Source: Eubacteriales bacterium (GTDB taxonomy: Bacteria; Bacillota; Clostridia; Oscillospirales; CAG-272). From it: DNA of 39,243 nucleotides. The DNA is taken from positions 1-39,243 of the forward strand of contig JAZOOM010000235.1 of NCBI GenBank assembly GCA_045655025.1, given 5' to 3'. Position numbers and translations under genes: made by a program. Below the pieces are notes generated by a model, which worked only from the letters and a program-made list of their open reading frames with translations, was not told where the DNA came from and did no database searches. The number at the start of each line of letters is the position of its first letter. Positions within the stretch are counted from its first letter, which is position 1. This document shows, piece by piece, positions 6,396 to 15,329 of this stretch.

Positions 6396-8786
6396 ATGCT
6401 GAAATACGAACTGAAAAAGCTCATCGGTAACAAATTCCTCTGCATCACCTTCGCATTCCTGTTCCTGCTCAACGCTCTCCTGTCCTTCTATGAGGCTCGT
6501 GATACCGCTCTGAACCGTGACTACTTCTGCCCCGAGGACGAGTGGCACGGCGAGCTTCTGGCCATGTACGAGCGGTATGAGGCAGACCCCGAGGCCTTCA
6601 TGAAGGAATATGAGGCGGAGATGGAGTACCGCGAGCTGGCCGATGAAATGTCGGATTACTACTTCAATTACGCGAGGGAAAACGGTCTGCTCATTAACGG
6701 CACCTTCGACCCCGCCGACTACTGGGACGAATACGACGGAGACCGATTGAACCGCATATACTTCACCTACCGCCGCTTCGGGAATACCATGGAGCGCATT
6801 GAGGAGTATCCCGGGCAGATGCAGGCGGTACTGACCCAGGCACAGCAGACCCGCGCCGAATACCTGGCCCAGGGTATGTCGGAGAACGACTACGCCTACC
6901 GCTTCCAGAGCGATATCATGGATATCTACTGGGCGAATCAGTACATACCTCTTGAAAACGAGTATATCCGCGGTTGGGAGCCCTACTTCGCTTATGACCA
7001 CGGGGGGCTTTGCTTACTCCTGTTTTTGTTGGTGCTGGTAACGGGCATGATCCTGGACGAGAAAAAGAGCGGCATTTTCCCCCTCATCCACGCTACGCGT
7101 GAAGGGCACACCACCCTGATCCTCACCAAATTCGCCGCCCTGCTGACCGCCGTCACGGTAGCCGTTATCGCCTTTTCGGGCACCACGCTCCTGTTCTACG
7201 GCCTCCGCTACCACGGCTTTTCCTCCCTTGGCGGCTATGTTCAGCTCATGGAGGATTACCTCTACTGTCCCCAGATGCTCAAGGTAGGCGAGCTGCTGGT
7301 GCTGACCGTCCTCATGAAGATCCTTGCCATGACCGCCCTGGGTATGCTCATTCTCATGCTCTCCGCCCTCCTGCGGAGCCATGCCTTTACCTACATGAGC
7401 GGCCTTGTGCTGGTGGCGGGGAATTTCGTCCTGTACCTGACCGAATATCTGGATCCCAATCACCCCTTGCGCCTCATGAACGCCTTTGCGGTCATGGACA
7501 CGGATCTCCTGTTCGGACAATATTACGCTATCAATTTCTTTGGCTTTGCCATCCCCGCGCTCCCCTGTATCATCGGAGCTCTGCTCGCCCTCATAGCCGT
7601 CTGCGGCGGCATTACCGTGTATCTTTTTAACCGCGCCGACGGGAAAGCCACCCTTCGTCTGCCCGAGAAGCTGACCCGTATGTTCAGCCGCAAGCGGTTC
7701 CGTCTCCCCACCATCCCCTGCCTCATCCGCACCCGTTCGGGATATGAGTGCCACAAGCTTTTGGTGGCCGGGAAATACATCATTCTCATCCTTGTCGTGC
7801 TGTTCCTTAAGGTCGAAATTACAGACCGTACCGTGACGCCCCACCTCGCCCCCTCGGATGCACGCTACCGCAGCTACATGACCCTTTTGGAGGGAGAAGC
7901 CACCGACGAGAAGCTGACCTACATCCAAGAGGAGCGGGACATGGTGGACGAGATCATCTACAGCGAAAAGCCCATGCAGAACAAGTACTTCAAGGCGGAG
8001 ATCAGCTACGAGGAATACGTGGAGTATCAGGACGCGCTGGAGGACGCCAAGGTGCGGGATAAGGCGCTGTTACAGGTGGAGGCCCGCCGCGACCATATCC
8101 TTGCCCTCCGCGCCGAGGGACAGGAGGCCTACTTCCTGTACGACACGGGCTGGAATCACCTGCTGACCCTGGGCTTTGATTACTTGCTCTACGCCGCCGT
8201 TCTGCTCCTGTTCGCGGGGCTGTTCGCCTCGGAGTACCGTGCAGGCATGACTGCCATCCTCCGCGCCACCAAGGGCGGACGGGGACACACCTTTGCGGTA
8301 AAGTTTGCCTTGGCCGTCATCCTCGCTTTGGGGCTGGGTATCACTTTTGCCGCTATTGACTACAACGCGGTTATCCCCCTTTACCGTTTTCCTGCCTCGG
8401 ATGCCCCTGCCGCCAGCCTGATCCTTTTCGGCAGCGTACGCGGGAGTTTGACCATCGAGCAGCTTTTCTGGGTCTACGAAACCTTGCGCACGCTGGGTTT
8501 TGTCCTTTTGGCAGTCGCCACCGTATCCCTGTCGGCGCTGTTTGAGAAGACGGTATCCTGTATGTCCACCGTGGCGGCGGTCACGCTGATCCCCTACGCC
8601 ATCACCGCCTTTGGCCTGGATGCGGCCAAGTACGCCGATTTCACCGCCCTGCTCAGCGGCCATGAGTATATCACCCTGCTGACGGCATCCCCCCTCTACG
8701 GCATCCTGTTCACGGTGACCGTACTCACGCTTACGGTGGGTTTGTTCGCCCTCTGCCACCGCAAATGGGTCAGAAGTACGTCGTGA
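6396..8786 (+). CDS. Fused (internally duplicated) ABC-2-type transporter permease (Perm1)
   Basis: 796 aa with an MLKYELKKLIGNKF N-terminus. Two homologous halves: YELKKLIGNKF / YECHKLLVAGKY and EKKSGIFPLIHATREG / EYRAGMTAILRATKGG. Each half has TM1, a soluble acidic loop of about 170-190 aa, and about 5 hydrophobic segments. Confidence 0.85.
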   Translation: MLKYELKKLIGNKFLCITFAFLFLLNALLSFYEARDTALNRDYFCPEDEWHGELLAMYERYEADPEAFMKEYEAEMEYRELADEMSDYYFNYARENGLLINGTFDPADYWDEYDGDRLNRIYFTYRRFGNTMERIEEYPGQMQAVLTQAQQTRAEYLAQGMSENDYAYRFQSDIMDIYWANQYIPLENEYIRGWEPYFAYDHGGLCLLLFLLVLVTGMILDEKKSGIFPLIHATREGHTTLILTKFAALLTAVTVAVIAFSGTTLLFYGLRYHGFSSLGGYVQLMEDYLYCPQMLKVGELLVLTVLMKILAMTALGMLILMLSALLRSHAFTYMSGLVLVAGNFVLYLTEYLDPNHPLRLMNAFAVMDTDLLFGQYYAINFFGFAIPALPCIIGALLALIAVCGGITVYLFNRADGKATLRLPEKLTRMFSRKRFRLPTIPCLIRTRSGYECHKLLVAGKYIILILVVLFLKVEITDRTVTPHLAPSDARYRSYMTLLEGEATDEKLTYIQEERDMVDEIIYSEKPMQNKYFKAEISYEEYVEYQDALEDAKVRDKALLQVEARRDHILALRAEGQEAYFLYDTGWNHLLTLGFDYLLYAAVLLLFAGLFASEYRAGMTAILRATKGGRGHTFAVKFALAVILALGLGITFAAIDYNAVIPLYRFPASDAPAASLILFGSVRGSLTIEQLFWVYETLRTLGFVLLAVATVSLSALFEKTVSCMSTVAAVTLIPYAITAFGLDAAKYADFTALLSGHEYITLLTASPLYGILFTVTVLTLTVGLFALCHRKWVRSTS

Positions 8787-8808
8787 CCGGCCAAGAAAGG
8801 AATTCCAT

Positions 8809-10017
8809 ATGAAACGTATCTCGATTCTCCTGCTGTCTCTGCTTGCCCTTTCCATGACCGCCTGCTCCTTTGGCGGCGACGGAAACGACGATACCACGCA
8901 AGGCACCTTCGTCAATCCCCACTACGAGACCGAAGCTGAGGTCTGCCGTGTTCACGACCTTGTGGACGGTATCTGTCAAATCTGCGGCGCGGATATGCCC
9001 GAGAGCCAAGGCCTCCAATATGAGCTGACCGAGGACGGAGCGGGCTACGCGGTCACGGGGCTTGGCACCTGTACCGATACCCAAATTCTCATTCCCGCCA
9101 AGCACGACGGTCTCCCCGTGGTGAGCGTCACCACCATGGGCGAGAGCGTGGACGTAACCAATGTGGTCATCGGAGAGAACGTCACATCGATTCAGAGCTA
9201 TTCTTTGAGCGGCTTGACCTCCCTCAAGGGGCTGACCGTCCCACCCTCCTTGACCACCCTGCCCGTCAACGCCTTTGCGGGGCTTCCCATTCAGTCTGTC
9301 ATCCTCCCCGAGGGTCTGACCGAGATTTCCTACGGGATGTTCCAGAATTGCGGCTCCCTGCGGAGTATTCATATCCCCTCTACCGTCACCGTGATCGGAG
9401 ATATGGCCTTCAGCGATTGCCGTCTCTTGCGGGAGGTCAATTTTCCCGATGGACTTGTCAGCATTGGAAGCTCCGCCTTCAAGGGCATTGTAAACCTCCC
9501 CGAGATCACCCTGCCTGCCACCCTGCAAGTCGTCGGCAACGGTGCCTTTGACAAGTGCGAGAACCTCAAAACCGTCCGCTACAGCGGGAATATCGCCGCC
9601 TGGTGTACCATCCAATTCGAGATGAACGGTAATCCTCTGGTCAACGGCGCGGATTTCTACGTGGGCGGTGAAAAGGTGGTTGACCTCATCATCCCAGAGG
9701 GAGTCAACAAGCCCGGAGAGTTCACCTTCCAAGGGTGCGGAAGCATTGAGAGGGTAGTTTGTCCCGCCTCCATGACCGAGCTGACCGTGGGTATGTTCAT
9801 GTCCTGTAAGAATATCAAGGAAGCTGTGTTCCTTGGGGAGATCACCGTCCCCGGCGTCCTGCATTTCGCGGGGTGTGAAGCCCTTACCGATATCTACGTC
9901 AGCAACCCCGAGGGAGACGGCGTGCTGATGGTCGGGGCCCAGTTCAGCACGAATGCCACGGCTCACTATCAGGGGTCGTGGGAGCTGGATGAGAACGGGA
10001 ATATCATTCAAAAATGA
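8809..10017 (+). CDS. BspA-type leucine-rich-repeat lipoprotein (LRR1)
   Basis: Lipobox LSMTAC. C-x2-H-x6-C-x2-C cluster (CRVHDLVDGICQIC). Repeats of about 23-25 aa of the form IPxxVxxIGxxAFxxCxxL, e.g. IHIPSTVTVIGDMAFSDCRLLREVNFPDGLVSIGSSAFKG. Confidence 0.88.
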   Translation: MKRISILLLSLLALSMTACSFGGDGNDDTTQGTFVNPHYETEAEVCRVHDLVDGICQICGADMPESQGLQYELTEDGAGYAVTGLGTCTDTQILIPAKHDGLPVVSVTTMGESVDVTNVVIGENVTSIQSYSLSGLTSLKGLTVPPSLTTLPVNAFAGLPIQSVILPEGLTEISYGMFQNCGSLRSIHIPSTVTVIGDMAFSDCRLLREVNFPDGLVSIGSSAFKGIVNLPEITLPATLQVVGNGAFDKCENLKTVRYSGNIAAWCTIQFEMNGNPLVNGADFYVGGEKVVDLIIPEGVNKPGEFTFQGCGSIERVVCPASMTELTVGMFMSCKNIKEAVFLGEITVPGVLHFAGCEALTDIYVSNPEGDGVLMVGAQFSTNATAHYQGSWELDENGNIIQK

Positions 10018-10036
10018 GTAAAAAGGAGAATTTACC

Positions 10037-11464
10037 ATGTCCAAAAAACGCATCATTGCCATCATTTCGGTCGCCCTTATCCTCGTTGCGGCCATTGCCA
10101 TATCCATCCCCCTCATCACCCGCCGCGCAAGCATCGTAGGCGACGAGACCTATACCGAGGCTCCTGCGGAGACCCTGTCCCCCGACGAGTGCTACCCCAT
10201 CTCCGAGGCGGACTGGGAGGCTATTTTCGAGCAGTACGGAGCTCCGGCCAGCACGACCAATTATAACTTGGTTAACACCCCTTATTATACCTTCCTGTCC
10301 CATACCTACGGCAGTAGTAAGGCCTACAGCAAGGTCTCCCAGACCTATGTTGAGCTTTGCCCCGATCCCTTCTGCACTCATGAGGAGAGGAGTGATTGCC
10401 AGTTTTCGACCGGTCGTTCCTTCGAGGGTGCCGTCTACCTGAACGGACGGATCTACGTGCAAACCTCCGACTTCGATCAAAGAGACGTCCGTCTGCTGTC
10501 TTTCGATGAGCATCTGGCCGATCTGCGGGTGGAGCTGGATCCCATGCCCACCGTCTCCTATAAAGGCACGGTCGGCGGGGCAATCATCTCGGGTGGTGAT
10601 CGCATCGAGATAAATAAAGAGACCCTGATGTTCAGCTCCTGGTCGGATATGCAGGCCGACGGAGACCGTCTGTATTTTTCCACCGAGATCTATGATCTCG
10701 ACGGCAAGAAGCTCCGCAGTACGGTGATCTGGTACGACCCCGCAACGGGAGAGTACAAGCACGTAAACGAGTCTGTGGCCATGTCGGGCTTTATCGTGCG
10801 AAATGGCGTCGTATACGCCACTCAGGATCGCTATCGCCTCATTGCTTGCAACGTGGCTACGGGCGAGGTCAAGACCCTTCTGGAGGTGGAAAAGCATCTG
10901 TCTGTAAGCCTTTCCTCGGTAAGCGATGTGTGCGTAGAATACCATACCACGGATTGGGCGACCCAAAACCTGGATACGGTGGAATACATGTACGACCTGA
11001 CGACCGGGCAGAGTAAGCTGCGGAGTGAGCTGAATCCAATGGACAAGAACGTGGTAGCCAGCTACTTCTATGGGGACACTACCTTCTGCATAGTGGATCA
11101 CAGCGGAGAGGCCTACAAGGACGACCCGGGCTATGACTTTTACACGGCCGAGGATACCGCCAAAAGCTCAAGCGGCCGCGCCGCCTGGGCAGGGCGTATC
11201 TACCGTCTGGAGACCGACGGGAGTCTTACCGAAGTGGCACAGCTCACCACCAAGGGTATCCCCGACATGATCTGGTGGCTTATGGGCTTTGACGGACGGA
11301 TGCTGTACGTGAGCTATCAGACCTATCTGGACTACCCCAACAGCCTGTGTGACCAGCCCTCGTACAGCGCTACGGTGTTCCGTAACGCCGCCATTGACAC
11401 TCTGACGGGTAAGGTCTACAAGCTTCCCTCCTTCCCGGAGCTGGATCTGGAGAAAGAGGACTGA
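10037..11464 (+). CDS. Membrane-tethered or secreted propeller-like protein, subfamily B (B2)
   Basis: RBS AAAAGGAG. Anchor AIAISIPLITRRAS. Motifs LCPDPFCTHEERSDCQF, DDPGYDFYTAED, GRIYRLETDG, QLTTKGIPD, YQTYLDYPN. N-terminal ETYTEAPxETLSPDE is shared with B1. Confidence 0.88.
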   Translation: MSKKRIIAIISVALILVAAIAISIPLITRRASIVGDETYTEAPAETLSPDECYPISEADWEAIFEQYGAPASTTNYNLVNTPYYTFLSHTYGSSKAYSKVSQTYVELCPDPFCTHEERSDCQFSTGRSFEGAVYLNGRIYVQTSDFDQRDVRLLSFDEHLADLRVELDPMPTVSYKGTVGGAIISGGDRIEINKETLMFSSWSDMQADGDRLYFSTEIYDLDGKKLRSTVIWYDPATGEYKHVNESVAMSGFIVRNGVVYATQDRYRLIACNVATGEVKTLLEVEKHLSVSLSSVSDVCVEYHTTDWATQNLDTVEYMYDLTTGQSKLRSELNPMDKNVVASYFYGDTTFCIVDHSGEAYKDDPGYDFYTAEDTAKSSSGRAAWAGRIYRLETDGSLTEVAQLTTKGIPDMIWWLMGFDGRMLYVSYQTYLDYPNSLCDQPSYSATVFRNAAIDTLTGKVYKLPSFPELDLEKED

Positions 11465-11499
11465 TACAGAAAGTTTTTTTCAAAAAACAGGGCTTTTAG

Positions 11500-11581
11500 A
11501 AAAATCGTGCCACTCGGATATTTCGCGAAATCGGATTGTATGGTACAATAGGGCTGTACGATCCGATCTCATTCCGTACAG
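11500..11581 (+). promoter_or_regulatory. Conserved promoter cassette (palindrome + extended -10 + leader hairpin) for A3
   Basis: 11500..11565 is identical to 1387..1452. Palindrome ATTTCGCGAAAT at 11520..11531. TGgTACAAT at 11541..11549. Hairpin arms CTGTACG (11554..11560) and CGTACAG (11575..11581) are conserved while the loop differs from copy 1. Confidence 0.6.
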
Positions 11582-11595
11582 AAAGGAAAACGATT

Positions 11596-12987
11596 ATGAA
11601 AAAGCCATTATTGCTCGTATTGACAGCCATGCTGCTGCTGTCCTCGTTTGCTTCGTGCTCCCGCCGCGGGCAGTACGAGGACATTCTGGAAAGCCAAAAG
11701 GAAGCCGAATCCCTTGATGCCATCCCCGAAACAAATGGGAACATCACGGGTGAAAGTGCTCCCGATTATGAAACTCCCATCATGCTAAAAACAGGAGACG
11801 CTCCCTATTGGGAAGGAAAAACCATGGAGGAGCTGCAGGCCATCTACAGAAGCACGGCTACCAAGAGGAATTCCGGTCAAACCGTAATGCCTACGGGAAA
11901 GCTATACTCCATGAACAACGGAGAAATGTTCTTCTACAACAAGCTCACGGGCAATATCAGCAACTGGTGCAGCGATCCTCTGTGTAATCTCGCAGAAAAC
12001 GATCAGTGTATCTGGTGGGACTTCAAGGAGATCGTTTACGTCAGTGATGCATACATCTACTTTCAGACGGCGGATTTTTACAACGACTATAAAATGTACC
12101 GATGCGATCTGCAAAGGAACAACGTAGAGGAGGTCTTTGACATACTGGAATACATCGACCACGAGAGCTCCCCGGACGGCTTGGCAGGTACGACCGACGT
12201 ATCCGTGGATGACGCGGACGTGATCTATGAAAAGGACGGTGTGCTGTACTATCTGCAAGCCCATCTCGTCGATACCAAGAGCGTCAGCTCCGTGTACGCC
12301 ATGGATCTCAAGTCCAAGGAGATCACGGCCCTTTCGGGAGATCAGGATATCCATTTCATAAAGATCGCCGCCGATCAGGTGTTCTATACTCTTTCCTCTG
12401 CGCCTTATACCTGGTATCAGACCGATCCGGCCTTTACTGCATCCAAGAAGATATTTGACGACACCGTCATTCACCATGTTAACGATCAGTATCTGATCCT
12501 TGGCAGAATGGTGGGGGGACAGGTGACGGACGCCCTGTTTTCCTATGATCTGAAAACGGGAGAGACCTATGAGCTGAACGACCAGCGCGGGAATACCTAT
12601 CTGTCGGGCGTGTACCTGTATTACACCAGAAATCTCACCGAGGAGGAAATGGAAAACGATCCCCTAAAGGACTATTATACCTATAAGGCCTCCGGTAAGA
12701 ATCCCTCGACAACACAAGGAGCGGGGAAAATCTACCGCGTCTACGTTGGCGAGGATAAAGCCCCCGAGGAATGTGTGTTTCAGCTTACCTATAAGGGTAT
12801 TCCTGTCCGCCTCAAGGATATCGAAATGGACGGCGAGACCATCTATATCTCCTTCAACAACCACGAGGGCTTCAAGAATTTCTACAATCAGGACTTCCGT
12901 GGGAGCGATAGAGATACCTGCGTTTACGGCATTGTTGATCTGCAAAGCGGGAGCGTGAGCTTCCTAGAGATTCCCAAGGAGGAGTAA
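11596..12987 (+). CDS. Cell-surface propeller-like lipoprotein, subfamily A (A3)
   Basis: The track start at 11536 lies inside the promoter -10 and leader. ATG 11596 has the RBS GAAAGGAAAA and begins MKKPLLLVLTAMLLLSSFASC (lipobox). Motifs FYNKLTGNISNWCSDPLC...CIW, YRCDLQRNN, DPLKDYYTYKA, GKIYRVY, FNNHEGFKNFYNQD. Closest relative is A1. Confidence 0.9.
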   Translation: MKKPLLLVLTAMLLLSSFASCSRRGQYEDILESQKEAESLDAIPETNGNITGESAPDYETPIMLKTGDAPYWEGKTMEELQAIYRSTATKRNSGQTVMPTGKLYSMNNGEMFFYNKLTGNISNWCSDPLCNLAENDQCIWWDFKEIVYVSDAYIYFQTADFYNDYKMYRCDLQRNNVEEVFDILEYIDHESSPDGLAGTTDVSVDDADVIYEKDGVLYYLQAHLVDTKSVSSVYAMDLKSKEITALSGDQDIHFIKIAADQVFYTLSSAPYTWYQTDPAFTASKKIFDDTVIHHVNDQYLILGRMVGGQVTDALFSYDLKTGETYELNDQRGNTYLSGVYLYYTRNLTEEEMENDPLKDYYTYKASGKNPSTTQGAGKIYRVYVGEDKAPEECVFQLTYKGIPVRLKDIEMDGETIYISFNNHEGFKNFYNQDFRGSDRDTCVYGIVDLQSGSVSFLEIPKEE

Positions 12988-12990
12988 ACC

Positions 12991-15312
12991 ATGTTCAGAT
13001 ACGAATGTAAAAAACTCATCAGCAACAAATTCATCCTCGGCCTGTTCATCCTCCTGTTCCTCCTGAATGCCCTTCTATCCTACTCCGAGGCCAAGCATGA
13101 CCCCGCAACCGATCTGTCAGAGGATGTGTTGGTTGCTCTGGAGGCCTACAACGACGACCCCGAGGCGTGGAAGGTTGAGTATGCGCGCCTGGAGACCTAC
13201 TATAACGAGGTCTTTTACCCCAAGGTACAGCAGGAAATGCAGGAATTCCTTGAGAAGAATCCTAATGCGAACGGTTATACTTGGGAGCTGGACGAGGATG
13301 CTCAAAAATATCAGAATTATTTTTGGGCAGAGCGATTCATGGCCGAGATCGACTCCTACCCCAAGGACTTGAAGCGCGTTGTTAAAGCCGCCATCATTGC
13401 CAAGGAGGACTACCTCGCCTCGGGCGTGACCGAGAACGACTACGAATACAAATATCAGTCCGATATCGAGCGCATCTACGAGATCAACTCCCTCATTCCC
13501 ATCGACTACGAATACGCCGTGGGCTGGGATGAATACCACGCCTACACCAGCGGCAACGTCCTCTTGGTCATGCTCATGCTGGTGCTGGCTCCCGGTCTGT
13601 GCATCGAGGAATTCTCCTCGGGGATGTACCCCATCCTCCACGCCACCAAGAAGGGGCGTTTGCACACCTTCCTCAACAAACTGGGCGCGCTGGCTCTGTT
13701 CACCACCCTTGCCGTGGTGCTGTTCACCGCCACCACGTTGGTATTCTACGGCGCAAGCTACGGATTCTCCTCCCTCGGCAACTTCGTCCAGGTATTTGAG
13801 GACTTCAAGTTCTGCCCCGAGATCATCACCGTGGGCGAGCTACTGGCTGTGTCGGTGCTGACCAAGATTCTGGTGCTGTTCGCGCTGGGCACCCTTATCA
13901 TGCTGCTTTCGGTGTTCATCAAGAAGTACGCCCTGACCTTTGTGGCCTCCCTTGGCGCGGTGGCGGTCAACTTCGTGTTGTACTTCTTCATCTCCCTGGA
14001 ACAGACGGGCTCTTTTGATATGCTCAACCTGTTCACGGTCATGGACACCAAGACCGCCTACACGCGGTACTACTCCCTCAACGTGTTTGAGGAATCCGTG
14101 CCCTATATTCCGCTGTCCATCGGCCTGTTCGCTGTCCTTGCCGTAGTCTTCGCCGCCCTGTCTGCTTTCGCCTTCTGCCGTACCCAAGGCGCAGTCAAAA
14201 TCAAGACCAAGAAGCCCATCAAGCTCCCCGCAAGAGCCATCCCCATGCCCTGTCGCACCCTGTTCGGCGCGGAGATGGGTAAGCTCCTGTTGGCCATTAA
14301 GTTCATCATCATCGTGGCTATCGTCCTGCTGGCCAAGGGCTTTATCGCCACAGAGACCTTTACTTATACCGAATCCTTTACGGACAGCGTGTACAAGGAA
14401 TACATGACCACCCTCTCTGGCGAGCTGACCGAGGAAAAGCTGGCTTACATGGAGGCGGAACGCAACCGCATCGACACCGCCAAGAACGGCTTCAATCAAG
14501 CCGTGGCCGATTACCACCAGGGCAAGATCACCCAGCAGGAATACCTCGCCTTCGTGGACGAATACGACTACGCCAAGGATCGCGACAGCCATTTCGCCCG
14601 CATTGAAAACCGCCGCGACTACATCCTGTCCGTCCAAGCCGCCGGAAAGGACGCCTACTTCGTATACGATACAGGCTGGAACACCCTGTTCTCCCAAGGC
14701 TTTGACTACCTGCTCTACGGGCTCGTCCTGCTCCTGTTTGCGGGCGTGTTCGCCAATGAGATCCGCGGCGGTATCCACAATATCCTCAAAGCCACGGGCA
14801 AGGGCAGATGGCGTCTGTTCCTCACCAAGTATGCGGCTGTGCTGACTTTGGCAACCATTCTGTTTGCCGCATTTACGGCTATTAATCTGAACGCCGCCAT
14901 GAAATCCTTTGAGTTCCCCGCGTGGGATGCGCCTGTTCAGAGCCTCACCATGTTCGGAAGTCAGCCGAGCATGACCGTGGCGCAGTTCGTCGCCCTCTGG
15001 ATCGCCGTCAAGTGGCTGGCTGTCGTTCTGCTCGTCACCGCTCTCACGGGAATCTCTCTCCTGTCTGGTAAGGTGCTCAACACCATGGCTATCGTCGCCA
15101 CCGTCACTCTCATGCCCTTCCTGCTCCGCCGCTTCGGTCTGGTAGTGGCGCAGTATTTCGACTTTACCTATCTGCTGGAGGGTACGAGCTTCCTCACAAC
15201 GGCGGCAAGTTCCAGACTTTATCTCACGCTCACGGTTGCAGTTCTCGCCGCCGCTATCACGATCCTCACATGGCTTGCCAAACAGATGTGGGTGGGCCGT
15301 AAACACCATTAA
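12991..15312 (+). CDS. Fused ABC-2-type transporter permease (Perm2)
   Basis: 773 aa, MFRYECKKLISNKF. Starts 3 nt after the A3 stop, with AAGGAGGAG upstream. Same two-half architecture as Perm1 (EEFSSGMYPILHATKKG / NEIRGGIHNILKATGKG). Confidence 0.85.
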   Translation: MFRYECKKLISNKFILGLFILLFLLNALLSYSEAKHDPATDLSEDVLVALEAYNDDPEAWKVEYARLETYYNEVFYPKVQQEMQEFLEKNPNANGYTWELDEDAQKYQNYFWAERFMAEIDSYPKDLKRVVKAAIIAKEDYLASGVTENDYEYKYQSDIERIYEINSLIPIDYEYAVGWDEYHAYTSGNVLLVMLMLVLAPGLCIEEFSSGMYPILHATKKGRLHTFLNKLGALALFTTLAVVLFTATTLVFYGASYGFSSLGNFVQVFEDFKFCPEIITVGELLAVSVLTKILVLFALGTLIMLLSVFIKKYALTFVASLGAVAVNFVLYFFISLEQTGSFDMLNLFTVMDTKTAYTRYYSLNVFEESVPYIPLSIGLFAVLAVVFAALSAFAFCRTQGAVKIKTKKPIKLPARAIPMPCRTLFGAEMGKLLLAIKFIIIVAIVLLAKGFIATETFTYTESFTDSVYKEYMTTLSGELTEEKLAYMEAERNRIDTAKNGFNQAVADYHQGKITQQEYLAFVDEYDYAKDRDSHFARIENRRDYILSVQAAGKDAYFVYDTGWNTLFSQGFDYLLYGLVLLLFAGVFANEIRGGIHNILKATGKGRWRLFLTKYAAVLTLATILFAAFTAINLNAAMKSFEFPAWDAPVQSLTMFGSQPSMTVAQFVALWIAVKWLAVVLLVTALTGISLLSGKVLNTMAIVATVTLMPFLLRRFGLVVAQYFDFTYLLEGTSFLTTAASSRLYLTLTVAVLAAAITILTWLAKQMWVGRKHH

Positions 15313-15329
15313 GAAAGAAGGAAAATACC

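Noticed and set aside
5265-7001. Long antisense ORFs in the track: 5265..7001 (578 aa), 7014..7928, 8070..8915, 8770..10134, 10004..11101, 13840..15309, 15309..16235, 24195..26276, 33308..34405, 34460..35431 and similar.
   Set aside because: Each lies opposite a + strand gene that has an RBS, recognisable motifs and paralogs. Their translations are low-complexity (Gly/Val/Asp/His/Arg/Gln rich) with no recognisable motifs and no RBS. Open antisense frames like this are expected opposite GC3-rich coding DNA.
11473-11488. GTTTTTT-TC-AAAAAAC inverted repeat after B2, considered as a terminator.
   Set aside because: The stem is almost pure A-T with a 2-nt loop, so it is not a credible stable hairpin. 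Read-through from B2 into the A3 cassette cannot be excluded.
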